The notes: generated from the letters alone by a model not told the origin. A stretch of 62,251 bases of DNA, filler included, from 9 parts of 9 records of this genome joined end to end with filler, not necessarily neighbours in it, one strand, 5' to 3'; positions 31,067 through 40,864 are shown, counted from the whole stretch's first letter. Translations and numbers: made by a program.

Positions 31067-32479
31067 TCAGTTGCTGCTGCAGAGGCAGGTTTTGTAGGCG
31101 TCCAGGCTGGTGGCATCGAGCGCGCAGCCATATGCCTGCCAATTGACGGGATCGATTTCCGGGGTCGCTGATTGAACGGCATAGAGATTACTGAACCGCT
31201 GGCGCAATGGCTCGTCGTTCTGAAGCGTCTTGGCGAGTGAAGCCCGGCTGGCGGCGGAAAGGTCCGGAACCGCATAGGTGGAGCGGTAGTCATATTCGAG
31301 CTGCCAGTCCGGTTTTGCACCGGCGGCGGCAGCTTCGAGGTTCGTCAGATAGAAGGTCGCCGAGTCTTTCACCGCGCCGCTGGTCCTGTCGTATAGAAAG
31401 ACCGCAAAGGCCGGGTTGTTGCCGAAAACAGGGCTGACCGATGCCGTTATCTGGTTCGCAAGCAACGGTTCACCCGAAGCATCATTGATGACAGTGAAGC
31501 CGTCCATATGCGTGTGGCCGGAAAACGTGTAGTCGACGGTGCCGGCATATTTGTACATCAGCTCCAGAAAGTCGGTGAGGTAATGCTCCTGCCAGAAGAG
31601 GTGGATACTGGCCTCACACGTCTCCTTGTCTGCATGGCGCGCCGTATCGCGAGCATCGGCGCCTGGTGGAACATGCATCAGTAGCTGCGCCTTGCGGCCG
31701 GCCTGCTGCGTTTCGGCAAGCTGCTCATCCAGCCAGGTCATGACGTCCTTTCCGGGATCGCCGCCATTGGTATTGCAGGCATCCGAATAGTGTTTTGCCC
31801 AGTAGACGTTGCTGAGGGCGATGATGTCCTGATCCGGCACAGTTGGATGGGTAACCTTGTAGAAACCGTCGTGCTTGAACGCCTGGAACCCGCCCGGTTG
31901 ACGGCTCAGCTTCGCCCACTGCTCGCCGACACCTTCAAGAAATGCACTGTCGGGAGCGAGCTGATAGTCACCGCAGGCTGAATCTTCGTTGCCCAGAACG
32001 CCGTAGACCGGGATGTCGCCGAAAGTATCGCCCAGAAGCTGGGAAACATATTGCGTGGTCTTGATGGCAAACGAGGTCACGCCCTGCGGATTGTCGCCCG
32101 CTGTCTTCTGGTAGGTGTCATTGAAATGATGGCTCAGGTAGTCGCCGGTATAAAGCACGTAGTCGTAGGTCATGCCTTGGGCTGCCGCCGCATCCAGGGC
32201 GGAGACCATCAGCGAGTAGGTAGCATCATTGCCGTAACTCTTGATGCTTTCGGCGGCCCCCTTGAAAATGTCTGTCCACCCGGAGACCGGGCTCTTGTCC
32301 AGGTCTGGCACGAGGGCCGGATCACTGAACGGGTCGAAGTGGATGTCGGTGACGATCAGAAACAGACCCTCGTTCGTTCCGGGGTAGAACACCGGTTCCG
32401 TGGATTGGGCGCGAACACCGTCGAGCGTCAAAGTGACGGCTGCAAATGCCGCAAAAGAAAATGCCAACCTGTCGAACAT
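31067..32479 (-). CDS. Secreted calcineurin-like metallophosphoesterase, acid sphingomyelinase/SMPDL3-like
   Basis: Signal peptide; TDIHFD, TGDYLSH, GNED, HVPPG, GHTHMD, SVSPVFGNNPAF, W.LEY....Y and Cys-containing C-terminus. Confidence 0.8.
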   Translation of the reverse strand: MFDRLAFSFAAFAAVTLTLDGVRAQSTEPVFYPGTNEGLFLIVTDIHFDPFSDPALVPDLDKSPVSGWTDIFKGAAESIKSYGNDATYSLMVSALDAAAAQGMTYDYVLYTGDYLSHHFNDTYQKTAGDNPQGVTSFAIKTTQYVSQLLGDTFGDIPVYGVLGNEDSACGDYQLAPDSAFLEGVGEQWAKLSRQPGGFQAFKHDGFYKVTHPTVPDQDIIALSNVYWAKHYSDACNTNGGDPGKDVMTWLDEQLAETQQAGRKAQLLMHVPPGADARDTARHADKETCEASIHLFWQEHYLTDFLELMYKYAGTVDYTFSGHTHMDGFTVINDASGEPLLANQITASVSPVFGNNPAFAVFLYDRTSGAVKDSATFYLTNLEAAAAGAKPDWQLEYDYRSTYAVPDLSAASRASLAKTLQNDEPLRQRFSNLYAVQSATPEIDPVNWQAYGCALDATSLDAYKTCLCSSN

Positions 32480-32589
32480 TCCAGCCCCCTAGCTGTGCCA
32501 AAAATTCCCTAGCGGAATATTGGCACAGTCAAACACGGCACCGGTAAATGGATGTGAACCGCACTTCCGAAAATTGAGCCGATTTGCGC

Positions 32590-33867
32590 CTACCGATAGA
32601 CCAGTGTCGGCAGCCACATCGAAAAGGCCGGAACGAAGGTCAGCAGCAGCAGCACTGTGATCAGCGGGACGAGGAAGGGAGCCGTTGCCGTCACGCATCG
32701 CTCGAAAGGCACTTGCGCCACTTTTGAAAGCACGTAAAGCACCATGCCGACCGGGGGCGTCAGAAGGCCGATCATCAGGTTCAGGATCATGATGATCCCG
32801 AAATGGACCGGATCAATACCCAGGCCGACGGCCACCGGAAGCAGCACCGGCGTCAGAATGGTGATGGCGGCAATTGTTTCCATGAACAGGCCGATCACCA
32901 GCACGATCAACGTGATGATCAGTAGCAGAACGACCTTGTTGTCCGTCAATGCCACCATCAGCTCGGAAAAGTGGCGTGCGGTCTGGTTGGCCGTCAGGAT
33001 CCAGGCGAAAATCGTGGAAGCGGCCACGATCAGCATGATGGCTGCGGTCGTCTCCACCGTCTCGAAGGAAACCTTGAGGATCTTTCTGAAATTCAGCGTC
33101 CGATAGACGCCGACGCCCAGAAATATGCACCAGGCGACGGCAGCGATCGCCGCTTCCGTCGGAGTGAAAATACCGAACATGATGCCGCCGATGATGATTG
33201 TCGGTGTCATGAGGGGAAGCAGGGCGTCGAGAAAGGTCTGGCCAAGGCGCGAAAAGCGGAAATTGAGATCGCGCGGATAATTCCTCTGCCGGGAGTACCA
33301 GGCAACCATCACCATCAGAGCCAGTGCCATCATGAGACCGGGAACGATGCCGGCCATGAAAAGCTGGCCGATGGAAGCGTCCGCGATGACGCCGTAGATA
33401 ACCAGGGGCAAAGACGGAGGAATGATCGGCCCGATAGTGGAAGAGGCAGCTGTGATGCCGACCGCGAAATCCGTATCGTAGCCACTGTCCCGCATGGCCT
33501 TGATCTCGATGTTGCCGAGACCTCCCGCGTCCGCCACGGCGGCCCCAGACATGCCGGCAAAGATGACACTCGCACCGACATTCACGTGACCCAGTCCGCC
33601 GTGCATCCAGCCGACCGCCGCGCGGGCGAAGGCGAAGATGCGGGTCGTGATGCCTGCGGAGTTCATCAGGTTGCCGGCAAGGATGAAGAAGGGAACCGCG
33701 ATAAGCGGAAACGAATTAATGCCGTTGACCATGTTTGCCAGCACGATCATCGGCGGCAGGCCTTCCATCAGCACGAAGGCGAGCGAGGCGAGGGCAAGGG
33801 CGGCTGCGACCGGCACCCCGATGATCATCAGGGCGAACAGCAGCATCATCATGAACAGGACGGCCAT
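32590..33867 (-). CDS. dctM: TRAP transporter large permease
   Basis: AVPFFILAGNLM, SGAAVAD, GPIIPPS, TPTEAA, GLLTPPVG. Confidence 0.95.
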   Translation of the reverse strand: MAVLFMMMLLFALMIIGVPVAAALALASLAFVLMEGLPPMIVLANMVNGINSFPLIAVPFFILAGNLMNSAGITTRIFAFARAAVGWMHGGLGHVNVGASVIFAGMSGAAVADAGGLGNIEIKAMRDSGYDTDFAVGITAASSTIGPIIPPSLPLVIYGVIADASIGQLFMAGIVPGLMMALALMVMVAWYSRQRNYPRDLNFRFSRLGQTFLDALLPLMTPTIIIGGIMFGIFTPTEAAIAAVAWCIFLGVGVYRTLNFRKILKVSFETVETTAAIMLIVAASTIFAWILTANQTARHFSELMVALTDNKVVLLLIITLIVLVIGLFMETIAAITILTPVLLPVAVGLGIDPVHFGIIMILNLMIGLLTPPVGMVLYVLSKVAQVPFERCVTATAPFLVPLITVLLLLTFVPAFSMWLPTLVYR

Positions 33868-33880
33868 CGGCGAAAACTCT

Positions 33881-34489
33881 TCAATCGGTTGGCAGGTGGT
33901 CGTCCAGCGAGCGGACGAGGTCTTCGGGGCTTTGGCGAAGGCGGCGCCACAGCCAGATGGCCGAGTAGAACGCCATCAGTCCGAGAGCGACGACGCAGAT
34001 CGTGTAGATCCATGCCTTCGGGATCGGCAGGGAAATCATCTTCTGCCGGGTTTTCTGGGTCAGTTCGATACCGATCCAGGTCATGGAGGCGAAAAAACCG
34101 AGCGTGATCGTCTGGGACAGAACGGTCAGACCTTTCGCAAGACGCGGTGGCACCATGCGCATCAGAAACTCGAGCGTGATATGCGCACCACGCCGCGTCG
34201 CGGTGATTGCGCCAAGAAAGCAGACCAGTATCAGCAGATAACGGGCCACTTCCTCGGTCCACGCGAGGGAATCGTTCAGCACATAGCGAGTGAAGAACTG
34301 GAGGAAAACGACCACGGCAAGGACCCAGAAGACCAGAATGCCGGGGGCATCGATCCATTTGAGCGCACTGAGGTCGGTTTCGGTCTCGTCAAAGTGAAGC
34401 AGTTCGGGCGCGCCGTCCGCGCGCCCTTGCTCCGTTTGTGCGGTGGCCTGTTTCGTTTGGTCAGCCACGGCATCGTTGCTTTGCGTCAT
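33881..34489 (-). CDS. dctQ: TRAP transporter small permease
   Basis: RYVLNDSLAWTEEVARY; four TM segments. Confidence 0.92.
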   Translation of the reverse strand: MTQSNDAVADQTKQATAQTEQGRADGAPELLHFDETETDLSALKWIDAPGILVFWVLAVVVFLQFFTRYVLNDSLAWTEEVARYLLILVCFLGAITATRRGAHITLEFLMRMVPPRLAKGLTVLSQTITLGFFASMTWIGIELTQKTRQKMISLPIPKAWIYTICVVALGLMAFYSAIWLWRRLRQSPEDLVRSLDDHLPTD

Positions 34490-35463
34490 TGAGCGAGAGC
34501 CTGCATCCGCTCGTAGTGTTCCTGAGTATAGGGAACCTTGGATTCATCGGTCAGGATCGGCTCGACAGCAGCCTGGAAAGCGGCCTTGTCGACTTCGTTT
34601 ATCTGGATGCCCTGATCAACGAACCACTGCACAAGGTCTTGTTCCGACTGATAGATCTCGTCCGCATTCTGCGCGGCGGCTTCCTTCAGAACAGCGTCCA
34701 CGGTGGCCGCATCGTCCCCCAGCTGCCCCATCGCGTTTTCGGAAACGACGATGATCAGCGAATTGCCGATATGGCCGGTCAGATTGATGTTGGACTGGAC
34801 CTCGTAGAACTTCTTGAACTTGATCGTCGGCAGAGGGTTTTCCTGGGCGTCGACAACGCCCTGCTGCAACGCCAGATACACTTCGGAAAAGGCGATCGGT
34901 GTCGGGTTGGCGCCAACCGCATTCGGGAACAGCACCATCAGCGGCGAATCCGGCACACGGATCTTCAGACCCTTCATGTCGTCCGGTTTGGTGATCGGGA
35001 ACTTTGAAGTTACATGGCGATAGCCGTACCAGGTGATGGCCATCACCGTATGACCGGTCGCTTCCTTGTAGCCATTGGAAAGGTCGCTGAAGAGGTCACT
35101 GTCCCGGTAGGCCTTCCAGTGATCATAGTTCTTCAGCATGAAGGGATAGTCGGAAATGGCGATCGGACCGTAATCGCGTTCGGCGAAGTTGGGTCCGGTA
35201 TAGATCATGTCGACGGACCCGATGGTCAGGCCTTCGTTGATCTCTGCTTCCTTGCCGAGTGACGAGGCCGGGTAGACCGAGATGGTCACGCGGCCATCCG
35301 TTTTTTCCTTGATCTGGTCTGCGGCCCACAGCGCCCATTTGTGGTAGCTGGATCCTTCCTCATAGACATGCGCCCATTTTAGGTCCGCGGCCCAGGACTG
35401 TCCAGCCAGGGCAAGTGTCATCGCGGCGGCCAGAAGGCCGCGCTTCATCGTTCTTCCAATCAT
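34486..35463 (-). CDS. dctP: TRAP transporter substrate-binding protein (DctP/SiaP family)
   Basis: Signal peptide; GLKIRVP, FSEVYLALQQGVVDAQENP, FYEVQ. Confidence 0.93.
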   Translation of the reverse strand: MIGRTMKRGLLAAAMTLALAGQSWAADLKWAHVYEEGSSYHKWALWAADQIKEKTDGRVTISVYPASSLGKEAEINEGLTIGSVDMIYTGPNFAERDYGPIAISDYPFMLKNYDHWKAYRDSDLFSDLSNGYKEATGHTVMAITWYGYRHVTSKFPITKPDDMKGLKIRVPDSPLMVLFPNAVGANPTPIAFSEVYLALQQGVVDAQENPLPTIKFKKFYEVQSNINLTGHIGNSLIIVVSENAMGQLGDDAATVDAVLKEAAAQNADEIYQSEQDLVQWFVDQGIQINEVDKAAFQAAVEPILTDESKVPYTQEHYERMQALAQ

Positions 35464-35513
35464 GTCTGTCCTCCCGTCGGCCGGGGTCGAGCTCCTCCAC
35501 TCAATCGGCCTAT

Positions 35514-35534
35514 CTTGTATAACTGGTATACAAG
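35514..35534. promoter_or_regulatory. Putative GntR/FadR operator
   Basis: CTTGTATA-ACTGG-TATACAAG inverted repeat between divergent dctP and gntR. Confidence 0.6.
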
Positions 35535-35699
35535 TTATTTTACGTATATGACATATTGTAAGAATGCAAACGAATTCGGCTGGTCATCCCTTTGCTGGAT
35601 TGCTAGTAAACCGGAAAAGAGGGGGAGAAACTGTAGGGATTCGAAGCAGATAGGATCAGTTCAGCTGCATCTTCGAACCTCTTGGTTTCAGGAAAGACG

Positions 35700-36470
35700 A
35701 TGGCCGTATCACTGGATGAAACGCCTTCTGCCGGAGGCAAGACGCGCAAGCCGAGAGCGAAAAATGCACCCCCACGCGGTGCAGCGTCCGGGACCGCCAG
35801 ACGGGCGGCCCGCAACTCGGAAATCGTCTACCAGGACCTGCGTAACGCGATCATAAATGTCACGCTGCCACCTGGTTCGCCGCTGGCGGAAAAAGACCTG
35901 ACCGAAAAATACGGCATCAGCCGAACGCCGGTTCGCGAGGCGATCTTGCGGCTGGCGGAAGAGAACCTTGTCGACGTTTTCCCGAAGTCCGGCACCTTTG
36001 TTGCCAGGATTCCCGTTTCCGAATTGCGCGAGGCCATCGTCGCGAGGAAAGCGCTGGAGGAAGTCTGCGTTCGCGAAGCCACGATGAAGGCGAGCAAGAG
36101 CCAGTTGATGGGGCTGCGGGCGATAGTCCAGCGCGAACAGGAGCTGGCCGACAAAGGCGACGAACAGGCCTTCCACGAGGCGGACAATGCGTTTCATTCC
36201 GGTATCGCCGCAGCCAGCGGTTACCCGGGCATCTGGAACATGATCGAGAAGATCAGGCTGCAGGTGGAGCGCTACCGCAGGCTGACGCTGCCGCAGGAAG
36301 GCCGGATGCAACTGATCGTCGGCGAACATGCCGCTGTTCTGGAAGCGATCGAAAAGGGCGATGCAGATGCGGCGGTTGCCAATATGAACAACCATCTCAA
36401 CAAGCTTCAGATCGATATCGGCACCTTTCAGGATCTGTGGCCCGACTATTTCCTGTTCGACAAGGATTAG
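35700..36470 (+). CDS. GntR-family (FadR/FCD) transcriptional regulator
   Basis: GISRTPVREA HTH, DNAFH, EH..V..AI; ATG at 35700 with AGGA upstream. Confidence 0.93.
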   Translation: MAVSLDETPSAGGKTRKPRAKNAPPRGAASGTARRAARNSEIVYQDLRNAIINVTLPPGSPLAEKDLTEKYGISRTPVREAILRLAEENLVDVFPKSGTFVARIPVSELREAIVARKALEEVCVREATMKASKSQLMGLRAIVQREQELADKGDEQAFHEADNAFHSGIAAASGYPGIWNMIEKIRLQVERYRRLTLPQEGRMQLIVGEHAAVLEAIEKGDADAAVANMNNHLNKLQIDIGTFQDLWPDYFLFDKD

Positions 36471-36649
36471 GCCTGCCCGTTTGTGGCTCTGGCCCGATCG
36501 GAAAAGGCGGGCAGTTGGGGCAGGTGGTAACGAGGTGGCGTGAGCCGGCGCGACTGTTGCGCTTCAGGAACGGCGAGTTTTTGGGGCTGTACTGTGGAAG
36601 ACGCAGCGGCACAGGCGGCATCCGCCATTTCTTTTTCAATCGCAATCAT
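36467..36649 (-). CDS. Possible small hypothetical protein (60 aa)
   Basis: ORF convergent with gntR, stop codons overlapping; no motif. Confidence 0.2.
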   Translation of the reverse strand: MIAIEKEMADAACAAASSTVQPQKLAVPEAQQSRRLTPPRYHLPQLPAFSDRARATNGQA

Positions 36650-36969
36650 TCAAGTGTGCTGTTGTCGGGGTCGGTTTCGGAAAACGGGTCTGGGTGTGGA
36701 GGCCTGTTTCAAACAACTGGTTCTGATTTCTTTTAGAAAACAGATTGTTATGCCTGATCTCTGAAGCGGGATCTCGACTGAACAGCTCCCGCGACCGTGC
36801 AGGACAGGCCTGTGCAGAGACCAGCTCACACGAGGGTCAAAGCATTTGTTCCGGCTGGAGTAATGCCAGTTATTTACAAGACAATACCGGACAGGCGGAA
36901 ATTCGCCGGATTTCAGCGTTTGCTGAACGTGGCGAAACAATACCTCTGAGCCTGAAAGGCTGAAAAAAC

Positions 36970-37077
36970 AAATCCAATATAATACCAATAAGCTGCGTGA
37001 ATGGGCGATTCGGCCTGTGAAAAATGATTTTCACGATTTCAAACTAATAGGTCGACAAGTGGTATCAAATAGGTATT
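36970..37077. promoter_or_regulatory. Two oppositely oriented TGGTATT-type direct-repeat boxes (NagQ-like)
   Basis: Minus strand 36970-36987 TGGTATT-ATAT-TGGATTT; plus strand 37060-37077 TGGTATC-AAAT-AGGTATT. Confidence 0.55.
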
Positions 37078-37267
37078 ATATGAAATGAGCAGGAGGGCTG
37101 ATGCTCTCCGGCGCATATTGTTCTGTATCTGGCGGTAAAACAAAAACGCGAATGGCAACGGAAGGTCCCATTAGGGCCGGCCGCGCCGGGAAGCGGGACG
37201 GGCTCCAACGCCGTGAGCGGACAATTTTGAACGTCCAGCAATGGATGGAACTTTTCGGAGGTGTCTT

Positions 37268-37372
37268 ATGAAACGCAATATTCTAGCTCTGGCGATGGCC
37301 AGCACAGCGCTCTTTACGTCGACGGCTTTTGCTGAAGATGTCACGCTGACAATCGAAAGCTGGCGCAACGAC
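37268..37372 (+). CDS. Carbohydrate ABC transporter substrate-binding protein, N-terminus (not in ORF track)
   Basis: GGAGGT SD; MKRNILALAMASTALFTSTAFA-EDVTLTIESWRND; truncated at contig end. Confidence 0.8.
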
Positions 37373-37472
37373 NNNNNNNNNNNNNNNNNNNNNNNNNNNN
37401 NNNNNNNNNNNNNNNNTTAATTAATTAANNNNNNNNNNNNNNNNNNNNNNNNNNNNNNNNNNNNNNNNNNNN
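37373..37472. other. Artificial contig spacer
   Basis: N-run + TTAATTAATTAA + N-run. Confidence 0.98.
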
Positions 37473-37497
37473 GCTGTTAGCCCTAAGGGCTAACAGC
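37473..37497. repeat. Perfect 11-bp inverted repeat at contig edge
   Basis: GCTGTTAGCCC-TAA-GGGCTAACAGC. Confidence 0.8.
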
Positions 37498-37861
37498 TTG
37501 TAGGACTTCAATGTTTTGGCACAAAATCTCCTGACGCCAAGACTCAAAAACTCCCAGAAATTATTCTCAAAGCCTGACATCAAATTCTTAAGGACTTGCC
37601 GTTCGACAACAGATCTGCGGCACTTGGCGCTCAAATTCACCGGACCCTATGACTCTATGGTTCTGCGGTGACCCGACGCTCGACACCTGGCATCCGGGGC
37701 TCTGCACTGACTGGCTTTTCGGCTTCTGACTGCGGCTGGACACTTACTCCCCACTTGACGTTACAGCACTTGAGATAAAAAGCATCGTGGCGCATCGGCT
37801 TGGGGTTCCTGGCTCAGAGCCTAACAAAAGGGCATTTATTTAGCCCCCACAAAAATAAAGC

Positions 37862-37890
37862 GCGACACTTTTGCACGGCCCGCTGTCAAT
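37862..37890 (+). promoter_or_regulatory. Possible ECF-type autoregulatory promoter
   Basis: GCGACAC-TTTT...TGTCAAT just upstream of the sigma gene, resembling ECF -35/-10 layouts. Confidence 0.3.
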
Positions 37891-37915
37891 GTTCTAACCC
37901 CGAGCGCTTCATGGC

Positions 37916-38506
37916 ATGTCCCCGCCGGAAACTCTGGTAAACCATATGCAAACACATACAGCCGGCGACCTTGAGCTGTACCACGAATTGCGCAAAAAAC
38001 GGCGCGTAGCAGCGCGAGCGTTTAGTGAACTCTATGATCGGCATGCTCCACGCGTGTTCGGTTATAGCCGCAAAATTCTGGACGATGAGGAGCTGGCACA
38101 CGATGTCCTACAGGACACATTTACGAAACTGTTAACACTCGCTAAAGAGAATAAACCGGTGCAAAACGTACCGGCGCTATTGCTGCGCATGGCACGCAAC
38201 AATTGTCTTAACATTCTCAAAAAGCGCAGCCGTGAACAGGAACCGCTTCAACAAATGCACGAGCCCGCATACTTCGACAGGCCCTACGAGGATACTGACG
38301 CATTGCGTTTAATCGAAGCCGCCTTGGAAACTCTACCGGAAGCGTACCGCGAAGCATTTATGCTTAAGGAACACGCCGGTATGACGTATCAGGAAATCGC
38401 ACAGGTTACAAATGTATCGATGACAGCTGCCCGCTCCCGAATATTCCGTGCTCGCAAAGCCCTACGCGAGATTTTGGCTCCCTACATCAAAGACTACATC
38501 GGCTAA
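37916..38506 (+). CDS. ECF RNA polymerase sigma-70 factor (start may be 37946)
   Basis: AFSELYDRH, AHDVLQDTF, MARNNCLN, LPEAYREAF, MTYQEIA, RSRIFRARKALR. Confidence 0.93.
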   Translation: MSPPETLVNHMQTHTAGDLELYHELRKKRRVAARAFSELYDRHAPRVFGYSRKILDDEELAHDVLQDTFTKLLTLAKENKPVQNVPALLLRMARNNCLNILKKRSREQEPLQQMHEPAYFDRPYEDTDALRLIEAALETLPEAYREAFMLKEHAGMTYQEIAQVTNVSMTAARSRIFRARKALREILAPYIKDYIG

Positions 38507-38510
38507 CAAC

Positions 38511-40067
38511 ATGGCACCCCACACGCTAGATGCCATCCCGCCCGAGGATGAGCAACTGTTTAAGTTAATGGCCTACATCGATGGTGAATTGGCGCAGGAC
38601 GAAGAACCCGAGCTGTTTACAGCCTTGGCGCAGAACGAATTTCTACGGCATGAATTGCGCACACTGATTGGAGTCAGCTCGCCGTTTAAGTCCCTTGAAG
38701 TCTCGCCTCCTAAAACATCCAAGCGCCTGGTACTTGCTGCTGCAGGGTTGCCCGTTGGCGCGGGTACGATGACGGCAGGAATGTTAAATGGTGGATCTTT
38801 AAGTACAGTCGGTGCAGCACTGAGTGGCGCCGTTGCCGCCGCGATGCTCACGGCCGGCTCTATGTTTTTTCTATGGTCGCCTTCGAACGAGAACGCACAA
38901 GAATCTCAGTTAACACTAGCGCCCCAATCATCACAGTCGTTTAACCCAGACTTAAACAACACAGAAAACGAGTTGGAAGCGAGACCCGGCCCCATTGTGG
39001 CCGACGCTGCGGGAGGCACCACTGGAGAGCATGAGCCAGCACGAGGCCAGGCCCCCAGTGCGAATACTGGAACTCTGCAGGCAAACAGCCCGGCAGCACA
39101 AGAATTAACAGCGACGGGCTCGGGAATGGCAAGCGCAGAGTCAACAGTCCCTGAGTCAATAGCCCCTAAGTCAACAGTCACAGAGTCAGCGAGAACTGCG
39201 TCGGCAGACGCCGAGAGCTTAAACCAGCGAACAAGCAACAATCAGCTGCGCTCTCCAGCCAATAAAACAAACAGCTCAACCGCCGGCCCACAGGCTGTTA
39301 ACAATTCTTCTGCGACAAATTCGCAAGCTGACCTGTCACTAAACCAAATGGCGCGCAAGACCGCCGCAAATGAAGCGAAGGCCGATGCAAACTATAAAAC
39401 CCAAACAGACAATATTAACATAGCCGAATTACTGACACAAGACATGCAAGCCGCAACCGAACATAACAATCAGGAGTCGCCGACCGCATTTGCTGCCGCC
39501 CCTACACTTCAGCCAAGCGCAATCGTGGGGCTGAATGCGGACGTAGCTGCCGAAAATGCCAATAGCAGCGAGTACTTGCCTGGCGATATGTTTTTAGTAT
39601 TGCGCGGATTTCAGACCAGGTCTTTTCCAGACCTAAACATTGACCCGCTTGTGGCTCCACCGGTTAACAATGTTGCTGCGGGACTGTTTTACAGGCTGGA
39701 TAAAAATCAGTCTGTAGGCCTACAGATGGGTCAGGAACACCTACTGCAACGGTTTGAAGAAACGGTAGGCAGTACAACAATTCGCTATGACCAGAACTTC
39801 CTGGCACTCTGGTATGGGGTGAGCTACGAATACAGCTTCTCCAGCTGGAGCTGGATGTTTAACTCTCGGCCCTATGTGACCGGCGTGGCGGCCTGGAATC
39901 GAACTGGTCCAATGGTGCGCAGCAGCGCCGGCCTGCGCGTTCCATTAACACGCACGCTGAGTATGCGCCTGAGCACGGAGTTTTCAACGGCTCTGTATCA
40001 ATTTGACGGCAGTTGGTTCAGCTCTGAAAAAGTTGGTATCAGCTATGGACTCGAACTGGGATTATAA
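38511..40067 (+). CDS. Anti-sigma-like protein: N-terminal helical domain, TM, low-complexity linker, C-terminal outer-membrane beta-barrel
   Basis: LMAYIDGEL anti-sigma-type N-terminus; TM AAAMLTAGSMFFLW; S/T/A/N/Q-rich linker; amphipathic strands ending GISYGLELGL. Confidence 0.7.
   Translation: MAPHTLDAIPPEDEQLFKLMAYIDGELAQDEEPELFTALAQNEFLRHELRTLIGVSSPFKSLEVSPPKTSKRLVLAAAGLPVGAGTMTAGMLNGGSLSTVGAALSGAVAAAMLTAGSMFFLWSPSNENAQESQLTLAPQSSQSFNPDLNNTENELEARPGPIVADAAGGTTGEHEPARGQAPSANTGTLQANSPAAQELTATGSGMASAESTVPESIAPKSTVTESARTASADAESLNQRTSNNQLRSPANKTNSSTAGPQAVNNSSATNSQADLSLNQMARKTAANEAKADANYKTQTDNINIAELLTQDMQAATEHNNQESPTAFAAAPTLQPSAIVGLNADVAAENANSSEYLPGDMFLVLRGFQTRSFPDLNIDPLVAPPVNNVAAGLFYRLDKNQSVGLQMGQEHLLQRFEETVGSTTIRYDQNFLALWYGVSYEYSFSSWSWMFNSRPYVTGVAAWNRTGPMVRSSAGLRVPLTRTLSMRLSTEFSTALYQFDGSWFSSEKVGISYGLELGL
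39138..39188 (+). repeat. 15-bp degenerate coding tandem repeat (ESTVP/ESIAP/KSTVT/ES)
   Basis: GAGTCAACAGTCCCT GAGTCAATAGCCCCT AAGTCAACAGTCACA GAGTCA. Confidence 0.7.
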
Positions 40068-40111
40068 AACTCAGAACTATACTCTTCGATTCTGAAACGG
40101 AACGGCAAAAC

Positions 40112-40864
40112 ATGTTACGCATATCAGCAATTTTGTGCCTTTGCCTGCTTGTAACTCAATCGGCCTGTGAATCTCCAACTGATGTTCCGGCAGCACGTGA
40201 GCGCTCAATTGCCAACAATTTGCTGCCGGCCACGGCCCTTCAAGTCTCAGGCGAGCACATGAGCCCCTGCCCGACGGGCAATCGATATACTGTGCGCTTC
40301 ACAATTGAACATGTAAGTGCGGCCGATGGCCCCTTTACCATTGAATCGCTTGATGTTTTTAGCGAAGAACACGACCTTGTCTTGTATCTGCTTGGAGCGT
40401 CAACACTAACTGTTAACGCTGGTGAAAAGGTTGAGCTTCTCGCCTTTTTACACGACAATGGTAACACGATTGACCAGTTACAGAATCTGGAAGTCACCTT
40501 GATACTGAATGGCACGCACTCCAAAACAACTGCCATCGACATGCTGCCGGAAGAGTACCTAACATCGGTACCATTTAGTGGAAGCTTTACCGAGGATGGC
40601 TCGGAGTATTTCTACGTTCCTTTAGTACATAGCTGTAATGAATCCTGGGTGATAACGGAATACGTATTAGACGACCCCAGCGGAAAATTTACGCCGAACT
40701 TCCCCGCATTGCCTATTGAAGTATTCGAAAATGACAGCCCACCATTCTTTCTCATATTTGATCCGGCAAGCACGGGAAGATATCGCGCGAGTCTAACTGT
40801 CTCTGCCACTAGTGAACGGGGCATCAAAATGACTTTCTTATATCATGTAGAAGTTAACAGATAA
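40112..40864 (+). CDS. Lipoprotein, paralog 1 (Ig/ASH-like C-terminal domain)
   Basis: Signal peptide ending QSA-C, then ESPTDVPAAR; LDDPSG; FDP..TGRYRA. Confidence 0.8.
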   Translation: MLRISAILCLCLLVTQSACESPTDVPAARERSIANNLLPATALQVSGEHMSPCPTGNRYTVRFTIEHVSAADGPFTIESLDVFSEEHDLVLYLLGASTLTVNAGEKVELLAFLHDNGNTIDQLQNLEVTLILNGTHSKTTAIDMLPEEYLTSVPFSGSFTEDGSEYFYVPLVHSCNESWVITEYVLDDPSGKFTPNFPALPIEVFENDSPPFFLIFDPASTGRYRASLTVSATSERGIKMTFLYHVEVNR

